Origin: an uncultured Candidatus Saccharibacteria bacterium
GTDB taxonomy: Bacteria; Patescibacteriota; Saccharimonadia; Saccharimonadales; AWTP1-31
NCBI GenBank assembly: GCA_903946795.1
Contig: CAJAXB010000090.1
Span: 11,640 to 35,639, forward strand
DNA length: 24,000 bases
Reading direction: 5' to 3'
The translations under genes were made by a program, and so were the position numbers. The notes beneath the pieces were generated by a model. It searched no databases. It had not been told where the DNA came from and saw nothing but the letters and a program-made list of their open reading frames with translations. Positions 18,201 to 24,000 of this stretch are shown in pieces. Within the stretch, counting starts at the first letter, position 1. Every line of letters begins with the position of its first letter.

Positions 18201-18297
18201 CTTTATTCTTGACAGGGGGCTGGTCCGACTCTTCATCGTATACTGAATGATAATACTGTTCATCATTATCAGGCTCTAGTTCTGTCATTGTCGGCAT
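15202..18297 (-). CDS. Large (1031 aa) T4SS-associated membrane protein in the VirB6/ConG/Orf15 position, with a C-terminal VanY-type (peptidase M15, LAS-fold) domain
   Basis: - **N-terminus:** acidic, Ser-rich, about 85 aa.
- **Hydrophobic helices:** SLILLGSAGGGVLILALILLSTL, GAVSTVYAVALPLCLIF and VRVGVAFGVIEVALTVLGG.
- **C-terminus (about 15205-15660):** LLNAARADGVNLSGSSFRSMDSQIDL...PGYSNHQMGLALDF...SETWHWS. This matches the SxHxxGxAxD and (E)xWH(W) Zn-ligand motifs of VanY/M15 peptidases.
Assignment as a channel subunit rests on gene order only. Confidence 0.6.
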   Translation of the reverse strand: MPTMTELEPDNDEQYYHSVYDEESDQPPVKNKESSASELKKAEEGSSSTQSSAAETSEKKLVNQEQEDDGNFTYKQTPTKKKGSGKLSGKSLILLGSAGGGVLILALILLSTLSSAKIIHLAENVTVWNMARTARTFRSASTQNMASSIESAALTESGFAAMSKRWNESSVKSTLDRYNNLRPKKVYQEVNSKITPVFEEGPPRRFLPGNRQVFKGWELPNGALLEPTDTKWYKPIQGYKEKLRFAAELESTLETELKGTNSLVRGKVMRQILSERGVKLYWWEKRGSTYQGIKQQFAEYLESKKAFERSTKPDYSNCASADTCTDAKRVEEEIKKKVDDKGSETLNAEQLKEEAATVFDEEVSKPTSAFKTVTGAVSTVYAVALPLCLIFDGSIENSSKTTDVKESSLISNYMMVRSAADQQKAGATTVEAVGGLNGKLGDISDSVPLRRASGENIDPTNEINAAALPQATATGNFSLFNVVLGGFVPPNIIQSFTDNASSVCQVVTDVRVGVAFGVIEVALTVLGGGTPGALKTAAGGGVKELGEFLAKQTVGKLERVVGEAGSRRAAAKVISKQVASAGGSFFKKILRDGVLILGATELAKMLVLNYSNAQNNGLETGETIANQVDMGGNLYAQQNNQKLLYGRPMTQPEVLSSNMSDLAYIQEKNSQLPFSEKYLAITNPNSLIARSATTLSSTLNTKGAFDKMFSSILTSLKSVPGNIFVNILNKSKVRAASVSGAGEYNIVQWGWSNDEESIIQNNADYFPIENELILEASGKYEEIEGKYSKCYSSTMGTLLSSGDIQREQDGQVNTAAGDCSPQNLGINNPQYNDLVFRWRLAKRNTSVQNQLIDIQNGPQSSTTEQPQTAAVAGAAVTAGDTSNLTCTAGTDAGVVDGYQNGQLFKIRVCSVQNMGQVNAQIAKNVDDLLNAARADGVNLSGSSFRSMDSQIDLRRKHCGDSQNDIYQKPSDQCSPPTARPGYSNHQMGLALDFGSCGNASTACYKWLKNNAQNFGLKNLPSETWHWSVDGR

Positions 18298-18306
18298 GGT
18301 AGTACC

Positions 18307-20220
18307 CTATGACCCCGGCCTTAAACGGTTCGTTAAATCGATCGTCCCTTCACCATTTTCGATAGCTCCCTGCTGCTCAATAGCCTGTACCTGAGCTGGG
18401 TTTGTAGTAATGAGACTTGTCTCAGTAGGACTTGCACTTATCTGTATGTGTACGTGGTTTTGTCCAGCAAAGAATAAGCCCTGGCCAATTGGGAATTGAC
18501 TTAAGCGTTTACGCTCTTCGCTGGTTAATTTAAAGACATCCGCAAGTACATCAATTGCTGATGCGGACTGTTTTAATAACAACTGCATGCTCGCGTTAGC
18601 AACAATAGCGCGACCCATTCGACTGCCCATAAAATCTTCAACATCTTGACTAATAGTTGTTATACCAAGATTGTATTTACGAGAACGCTTTGCCATGCTG
18701 AACATGAAACTGGCTGAATCTTCATATTTAAGAAGTTGCCACGCCTCATCAATAATAAGAATACGACGTTGTTTATCAGTTTTTGTCTTGTTCCAAATAA
18801 AGTTCAAAACAATATACATTGCAACAGGCCGAAGTTCATCTTCTAGATCACGAATATTGAACACCACCATAGGGTTATTTATATTCGTATTAGATTGTTG
18901 GCTGAATATGCCCGCAAAGGTCCCTGTAGTGTATTTCCTGAGTCTTTGAGCTAATTGCGGGCCCGTACCTCCCATATGAAGCAATACATCATAAAGATCA
19001 ACAATTGTTGGGGGCTGTGCATTATGCGTCAATGGATCATTTGTAATCCCTGCCTTTGCATACGTTTCAATGAGAGCAGCATCAAGATCGGACTCCTCTA
19101 CAGGACTGAGCGCGGGTAGAGCTGCAGCATTACCACCAACCATCTGTGCTTGCGCGCCGCCCATCATGAGCCTCAGTAGGCCGTGCAAAGTAATGATATT
19201 GCTACGTAATGCATTGTCTGCCTCGTCACTATCTACCACTTTAGGTAGATCAAAAGGATTAATTCTTGTCGTAGAATTAAGGCTTAGTCGAACGTATGCT
19301 CCACCTACAGCTTCACACATTCTCTGATATTCATTTTCAGGGTCTATAATAAAAATTTCAGTGCCAAACATGAGGCTACGCAGGGCTTCAAGTTTAACTG
19401 CAAAAGACTTACCTGCACCAGATTTAGCAAACACAATAGAATTTCCGTTCTCAAGACTAAATCGGTCAAAAATAACCAAGCCCGAGTTATGCATATTAAT
19501 GCCGTATAGAATACCGTTATCTTGCGTTAGTTCTGCGCTTGTAAATGGAAAACTTGTGCTAATAGCACCAGTGTTCATATTGCGCCGAATAAGAAGTTGA
19601 TCGGTAAATTGAGGCACTGTGCTATTAAAGGCCTGCTCTTGTTGAGAGGTGGCAACCTTTGAATATACTAGTTGCTGACCAAGTACAGACTCGATCTTAT
19701 GCGTCACAAACTCCAATTCGTCCATACTGGAAGTATAAATAGTGAAATACATACCAAATCTAAAGAACCGTTCTTCACCAACTTGTAGTTTGTCGCGCAT
19801 TTCTTCGGCATCTTGGATTGCTGCCTGCTTTCCAGGGTCTCGAGTCCGTCCTTTTTCTGCATCTATCTGCAATCCTGCTTCAAGTTGGGTAACTTTTTTT
19901 CTGAGATTTTCTAAGACAATCTGGCTTTCAACTGGATATATATAAAGTGAGAGATCCATGACCTCGTCCATATTCACCATACTACTTAACCAGCCGGTGT
20001 AGACCTGTCTTGGATAGCCATAAACGTAAAAGGTTCTCGCGAATCGTGTCCCTAGATGAAATAAGCCATTTTCGTATACTAATGAACTTGGGGCAATAAA
20101 GTCTCGGAGTGCAGTGATACCTTTCTGAAAAGCCTCTTGTACCTCTTTTTCCTCCTGAGCTCTTTGGGCCTGTGCTGCAGCAACTGGATCATTTGGTTGT
20201 TTGTTTTTTCCAAATGCCAT
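18307..20220 (-). CDS. virB4: Type IV secretion ATPase, VirB4 family (Gram-positive PrgJ/ConE/Orf16-like)
   Basis: 637 aa. The N-terminal domain reads IAPSSLVYENGLFHLGTRFARTFYVYGYPRQVYTGWLSSMV. Walker A is VFAKSGAGKSFAVK (about 19405-19428). Walker B is RRILIIDEAWQLL (about 18736-18768). ITTISQDVEDF lies downstream. The start overlaps the upstream stop (TAATG at 20220). Confidence 0.9.
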   Translation of the reverse strand: MAFGKNKQPNDPVAAAQAQRAQEEKEVQEAFQKGITALRDFIAPSSLVYENGLFHLGTRFARTFYVYGYPRQVYTGWLSSMVNMDEVMDLSLYIYPVESQIVLENLRKKVTQLEAGLQIDAEKGRTRDPGKQAAIQDAEEMRDKLQVGEERFFRFGMYFTIYTSSMDELEFVTHKIESVLGQQLVYSKVATSQQEQAFNSTVPQFTDQLLIRRNMNTGAISTSFPFTSAELTQDNGILYGINMHNSGLVIFDRFSLENGNSIVFAKSGAGKSFAVKLEALRSLMFGTEIFIIDPENEYQRMCEAVGGAYVRLSLNSTTRINPFDLPKVVDSDEADNALRSNIITLHGLLRLMMGGAQAQMVGGNAAALPALSPVEESDLDAALIETYAKAGITNDPLTHNAQPPTIVDLYDVLLHMGGTGPQLAQRLRKYTTGTFAGIFSQQSNTNINNPMVVFNIRDLEDELRPVAMYIVLNFIWNKTKTDKQRRILIIDEAWQLLKYEDSASFMFSMAKRSRKYNLGITTISQDVEDFMGSRMGRAIVANASMQLLLKQSASAIDVLADVFKLTSEERKRLSQFPIGQGLFFAGQNHVHIQISASPTETSLITTNPAQVQAIEQQGAIENGEGTIDLTNRLRPGS

Positions 20221-21164
20221 TACTGCATTTCCCTTTCTAATGAAGGTTGAGGTGCCTGACCTATACCTTTCGTTACCACATCGGCTGTAACCGCGCTAAA
20301 ATTTTTCATTTTTTGTCGGGTTGCAGTATCAGGATTGTAACTATCGTAGTATAGCTCAATCAATTCTTGCGTATCGAGCGGTAGGCCTTGTACTCCGCAT
20401 TGCATCAAGCCACCAAGTACCGCCTGAACTCTGTTGCGCAGCTCATCTTTTGCCTTGTTTAAGTCATTTTCGTTGATAGTAATTTGTTTTTGTCCTTTTT
20501 TGCTAAATAGTGCTTGCACACCTGTAAACAAGCCCTTACTTGCAGTTAAGGGGTTTTGAATATCGATAGTGGGATAATAAGGAATGACTACAAAAAATTG
20601 TTTATCCATGATGTTAACTTGTTGTCCTATGGTAACCATATAGTTTATATAGTCTTCCATTAAAACGGCAAGCAACATATTATCATGCTCAGTGCGTATC
20701 TTATCGAGTTTAGTAATATATGGTGTAAGGTCAACTTTCTTAGAGCGAATATTTATTTGAATTGGAAAATAGAGAGAATTGAGAAAACCTTGATAGCTAA
20801 ATTCAACAGCTTCTCTTTCCTCAGGGCTCATAAGATCAAAGTTAATTGCCCGCGTCTGGATTACTGAGCGGTAGCTGCCGTCATTCATAATAACGATGCC
20901 GTCACGTATTTCGGCTATCTGCAGTGCATTTTGCGTGCTGTTGGGGTTTGACTTAGGTGCGTCCTGTAATCCAGCTCCTGCAGCTGCTGTACTTTGACGA
21001 GCTTGGGGATCGTATGCACTACCCGGAACATTTGTAACTGGTACGGCGCCTGGCATAGGGTTAGCTTGAGAAGCGATACCTGAAGCTGGCCTACCCGGAA
21101 CACTTCCCTGCGGCATTGTAGGATTATTGAAAGGACCTGATTGTTGATTATAAGAAGGATTCAT
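20220..21164 (-). CDS. T4SS-associated hypothetical protein; disordered Pro/Gln/Asn-rich N-terminus plus a domain resembling a stand-alone VirB4/TraC N-terminal domain
   Basis: 314 aa. After about 80 low-complexity residues comes IAEIRDGIVIMNDGSYRSVIQTRAINFDLMSPEEREAVEFSYQGFLNSLYFPIQINIRSKKVDLTPYITKL. I recognise this pattern from the N-termini of Gram-positive VirB4-type ATPases. It has no Walker motifs. It is translationally coupled to virB4. Confidence 0.5.
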   Translation of the reverse strand: MNPSYNQQSGPFNNPTMPQGSVPGRPASGIASQANPMPGAVPVTNVPGSAYDPQARQSTAAAGAGLQDAPKSNPNSTQNALQIAEIRDGIVIMNDGSYRSVIQTRAINFDLMSPEEREAVEFSYQGFLNSLYFPIQINIRSKKVDLTPYITKLDKIRTEHDNMLLAVLMEDYINYMVTIGQQVNIMDKQFFVVIPYYPTIDIQNPLTASKGLFTGVQALFSKKGQKQITINENDLNKAKDELRNRVQAVLGGLMQCGVQGLPLDTQELIELYYDSYNPDTATRQKMKNFSAVTADVVTKGIGQAPQPSLEREMQ

Positions 21165-21187
21165 GTATTTTTTCCACCCACAATGAA

Positions 21188-22207
21188 CTAATGTAGTGAA
21201 ACAATGACTTCGTCTTGATCTTGATTGTCGTGAATTTGATTGATCTCACGAGCAATACTGTCAATGCTGCGATCGTTGTTCCTGGCAAGTTCAATTGTAG
21301 CAGGATTAACGGGTGCTGTCACTTGTGAAGAAGGTTGCTTTTTGCTCTTTTGCTCAGAGGCAGGAACAATAATTTTGTGATTATGAAAGGACTCTTCTTG
21401 GAGATGTTTCTTTTCATTCAAACTACTTAACACGGCACTCTCTTCTTGGTCTAATGGCTGTTTGTGGCTCGAGAACGTGCTAGATAATAGATTGCCATCA
21501 TACTGATCACCCGAATTGCTTTTATCTGTATTGAGGAACCATTGTTGCTCGTTTTGATCAGTCCTAGTTGTTTGTTTTGTTGCATCGATCTTAGCCTCTC
21601 GAGTTCGTTGCTGCAACTGCGATTCTACTATTTGCATTTTTGCATCATCGAAAATATCATTACCGTCATCGGCATCTAACGTTGTACTCACATTTGGAAG
21701 AATAGATGGCTGCACAAGCCTGTCCGATGCTGTAATATCCACAAGATTTGCACTAGTATTTTCATATAAATTTTTTGATATGTTTTTGATTGCCCAGCCA
21801 CGAGTGTCTACAGTAGTTGCAAGCGCTTGAAGCCTACTTTGAACTTCACCTTGAGTTAAGTTGTCTCCAGTGTATAAAATAACTTTTTTTGGAACAGTTA
21901 TTTTTACAAGCTCTTGAATGCCTGTTTGGTTCCAAACTCTTTTGCGAGGTTTGAAAAAATAACGTAACTTTGCTAGAAGCCAAGTTTCGGTAGGCTGATC
22001 TTTACCCCAAGGAAAAGCAAGAAAACCTGAAACAAAAGCTACTGGTGCTAGAAAAATTACTAAAAGACCGAGACCTTTGGTTAAAAATAAAAAGCTTAAA
22101 TAAAGACATACAATTGTGATAGCGCCAAAAATAAACTGCTTTAAGGTTAGAGGACCTAAAAAGGTATCCTCCGCTTCAATATCTTGAATTACTTTATAGG
22201 TAGCCAT
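21188..22207 (-). CDS. PrgI-family (VirB3-like) T4SS membrane protein with a long C-terminal extension
   Basis: N-terminus MATYKVIQDIEAEDTFLGPLTLKQFIFGAITIVCLYLSFLFL plus a second helix LGLLVIFLAPVAFVSGFLAF. This is the PrgI/TcpE pattern: an acidic motif, GP(L/I)TxxQ, then a two-TM hairpin. It lies upstream of virB4, as in Tn916 orf17-orf16 and ICEBs1 conD-conE. The C-terminal roughly 200 aa is Gln/Asp/Ser-rich. Confidence 0.7.
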   Translation of the reverse strand: MATYKVIQDIEAEDTFLGPLTLKQFIFGAITIVCLYLSFLFLTKGLGLLVIFLAPVAFVSGFLAFPWGKDQPTETWLLAKLRYFFKPRKRVWNQTGIQELVKITVPKKVILYTGDNLTQGEVQSRLQALATTVDTRGWAIKNISKNLYENTSANLVDITASDRLVQPSILPNVSTTLDADDGNDIFDDAKMQIVESQLQQRTREAKIDATKQTTRTDQNEQQWFLNTDKSNSGDQYDGNLLSSTFSSHKQPLDQEESAVLSSLNEKKHLQEESFHNHKIIVPASEQKSKKQPSSQVTAPVNPATIELARNNDRSIDSIAREINQIHDNQDQDEVIVSLH

Positions 22208-22255
22208 TACCTATATAGTATATGAAATTATAGACAAGAGAAAGCTCAAATAACT

Positions 22256-22960
22256 TTAACTTAAGCCCAACTTTTTCTTGTATTTAGCATGTTTTTTCTG
22301 CAGCTTATTTATTTTTTTTGTTCTTCGTTTTCCTAAAAATGTTTCACCACTTGCTCTTGTGTCAATTTTTTGAAGCACCTGTTCCTTTTTTTTCTGCAGC
22401 TTCTCATATCTTTTTTCGGTACGTTTTCTAAGTGCTAGTGTCTTTTTTGATTCCCTGACGTTATCAGCTGGTTTTTTGAAATTTACAATCAGCTCTGAGT
22501 CCTTTTTTGCTTTCTTTTTGGCAGCTTCAATGACTCTCCCTCTTGCTATGTCTGAAAAAGGATTTTTTTCTGGTGCTGCTATACCTGCTTGAGTATGAGA
22601 AGGCTCAGGTTTTTGGCCCCAGAATTGTGTAATTTCGTGCAATTGCCTATTAATCCTAATAAGCTTACGTACTTTAAAACCAATCATGCTAGACTCAATA
22701 CGTTCGGGATACGTATCAGGCTCTTCAGGTGGAGGGGTTTTAATTCCGAATCCTCTTGGCGAAAGGGCATGTCGGCCTGCGGTACGCACAAATCTCTCAG
22801 TTTCCTGTAGTTGATGAATTTTTTCTTCCGCATTTTCATATAATTTTTTAAAAATCACGCGACATATCCCATTGACAGCTATTGCTTGCGGATCAACTAC
22901 GATATGCGCAGGTGACTCAGGATTGTTGTCAGGATTGTTTTCAGGATGTGTTGTCATCAA
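22256..22960 (-). CDS. Highly basic, Lys-rich hypothetical protein (234 aa), no TM segment
   Basis: A long ORF in the operon orientation. The C-terminal third is mostly K/R (KKKAKKDSE...RKRTEKRYEKLQKKKEQ...KRRTKKINKLQKKHAKYKKKLG). I recognise no family. Confidence 0.5.
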   Translation of the reverse strand: MMTTHPENNPDNNPESPAHIVVDPQAIAVNGICRVIFKKLYENAEEKIHQLQETERFVRTAGRHALSPRGFGIKTPPPEEPDTYPERIESSMIGFKVRKLIRINRQLHEITQFWGQKPEPSHTQAGIAAPEKNPFSDIARGRVIEAAKKKAKKDSELIVNFKKPADNVRESKKTLALRKRTEKRYEKLQKKKEQVLQKIDTRASGETFLGKRRTKKINKLQKKHAKYKKKLGLS

Positions 22961-23019
22961 ATATACAATAGAACTTTACTTAGTATAAGTCAATAACGAT
23001 TAGCGTTAATCAGCTAACC

Positions 23020-24000
23020 CTATAAGCCAGGAGGATTTAGTTGGGGCCCCACTGTGCCGCTACCTGCGTCCCTTGCGTTTTGTTCAGCAAACTGTTGTCC
23101 TCCCGCTTGCTCATAGGAGCCAGCTCTACTACGTACTTCTGTTGATAATACATCAGCATCCGCTCCCGTACTCCTAGATAATTGAGCACCAAGCTGCCGG
23201 TCTGTAGTTAGTTGAGAAGATGTATCGATTCCAACACTACTGAGCATATCAGTAATAGCAACTCGATTGTCTGAAGAAGCACCTCCCATGCTCGTGCGTA
23301 AAGATACCATTTGTGCTGCTATTGTTGTTGCGCTATCTGCAGCCTGATTTGCTTCTACTGTAAGTCTATTGGCATCGGCTTGATTTCCGGCCTGTCGCGC
23401 AGCTTCTGCTTGATGCTGTAATTCTCGAGCTCTATTACTATTGCCTCGATAATCTTGCGCTAGCTGAGTCGTCATTGTCCTAAAAGGATCTGCTTTCATG
23501 CTGAGCATCGCTCCAGGTCCGCCTTGTTCAAATGCTAATTGACGCATATTTTCGTTCGTCTGAGCGTCGGTAACATCTCCAGCTTCAAGATTCTGCATCG
23601 CATCAAACATAGCGGTATGGCTTGGTGTTCCCAGATCAGTTCTTCCTGCCTGATTAGACGCTGATTTTGCTGATGCAATCATTGCATTTCTTACTGCGAC
23701 ATCATCTGAGGCACCTGCTATTTCTCTTAACATATCGGCGTGAGTATCGTAGCCAGTTCCTGTACGTGCGCGGCCTAATGCAGATGCAATATTAACCGCA
23801 TCCCTCGAGCCACTGTTCTGTGCTGCTTGGACCATGCCCACCGCGCCTGCTAATTGATCATCACGGTATCTACCGGTCGCTCGTAGTCGTCTTTCAATGT
23901 CTTGAGCGCTCGTGCCATACCTGGCAGCTTCCAACATATGATCATCATTGGCAATTGCCCGAAAGGCCTCATTCTTTTCTAGAAGCTCTTGACCTTGTCG
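23020..24000 (-). CDS. C-terminal part of a larger Ala/Gln/Arg/Gly/Ser-rich hypothetical protein; the ORF stays open to the window edge
   Basis: The track starts it at Met 23937, but the frame has no stop through 24000 (my translation upstream reads RQGQELLEKNEAFRAIANDDHM). It has no TM and no nucleotide-binding motif in the visible part. It is noticeably more GC-rich than its neighbours. Confidence 0.55.
   Translation of the reverse strand, partial: RQGQELLEKNEAFRAIANDDHMLEAARYGTSAQDIERRLRATGRYRDDQLAGAVGMVQAAQNSGSRDAVNIASALGRARTGTGYDTHADMLREIAGASDDVAVRNAMIASAKSASNQAGRTDLGTPSHTAMFDAMQNLEAGDVTDAQTNENMRQLAFEQGGPGAMLSMKADPFRTMTTQLAQDYRGNSNRARELQHQAEAARQAGNQADANRLTVEANQAADSATTIAAQMVSLRTSMGGASSDNRVAITDMLSSVGIDTSSQLTTDRQLGAQLSRSTGADADVLSTEVRSRAGSYEQAGGQQFAEQNARDAGSGTVGPQLNPPGL

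Noticed and set aside
22916-22945. Short tandem repeat encoding PENNPDNNPE at the 5' end of the 234-aa gene
   Set aside because: It is only two imperfect 15-nt units inside a coding region. It is too short to treat as a repeat feature or a phase-variation tract.
11860-24000. Calling the T4SS-like block a mobile element (ICE/conjugative transposon)
   Set aside because: No integrase, relaxase, coupling protein, tRNA target or flanking direct repeats are visible. One boundary is fused to recF with overlapping stops. Mobility cannot be supported from this window, although the far boundary is not seen.
1-24000. UGA recoding (genetic code 4 or 25)
   Set aside because: All conserved genes (dnaA, dnaN, recF, yidC, gmd, virB4) are full length under the standard code with no in-frame TGA, so there is no positive evidence for UGA as a sense codon. 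Only the absence of TGA stops is reported.
1-24000. CRISPR arrays, tRNA/rRNA genes, insertion sequences and rho-independent terminators
   Set aside because: I found no spaced direct-repeat array and no cloverleaf-compatible or rRNA-like segment. There are no inverted terminal repeats with a transposase. Intergenic gaps at convergent gene ends are -8 to +1 nt, which leaves no space for hairpin terminators.

Overview
This is a very compact, roughly 40% GC bacterial chromosomal window centred on the replication origin. I could not run any homology search, HMM or structure prediction. All calls rest on motifs I recognise in the translations and in the DNA.

The window has three blocks:
- **Left block (1-5183): a surface-glycan locus.** It holds an ABC-2 exporter permease, an Rmd-like reductase, Gmd, an O-antigen-ligase-family membrane protein and a GT4 glycosyltransferase. 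Together these look like a GDP-D-rhamnose pathway. A RelE/ParE-type toxin-antitoxin pair with its own operator-bearing, leaderless-type promoter follows at 5188-5704.
- **Centre block (5706-11863): the canonical origin core.** The gene order is jag/khpB, yidC, rnpA, rpmH, then a DnaA-box cluster, dnaA, a second DnaA-box cluster with an AT-rich element, dnaN and recF.
- **Right block (11860-24000): one tightly coupled minus-strand operon of at least nine genes.** I read it as a Gram-positive-type (Tn916/ICEBs1-like) type IV secretion apparatus. It encodes:
  - a PrgI/VirB3-like protein
  - a stand-alone protein resembling a VirB4 N-terminal domain
  - a VirB4 ATPase
  - a 1031-aa membrane protein ending in a VanY/M15 peptidase domain
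  - a secreted three-domain peptidoglycan hydrolase (glucosaminidase-like, amidase_3, NlpC/P60)
  - two small membrane-anchored proteins
  - two unrecognisable upstream proteins

No relaxase, coupling protein, integrase or att-like repeat is visible in the window. The operon abuts recF with overlapping stop codons.

The overall flavour (tiny intergenic gaps, PrgI-family N-terminus, monoderm-type T4SS beside oriC) suggests a reduced-genome Patescibacteria/Saccharibacteria-like organism. That is inference only.

None of the 23 complete CDS called here ends in TGA.
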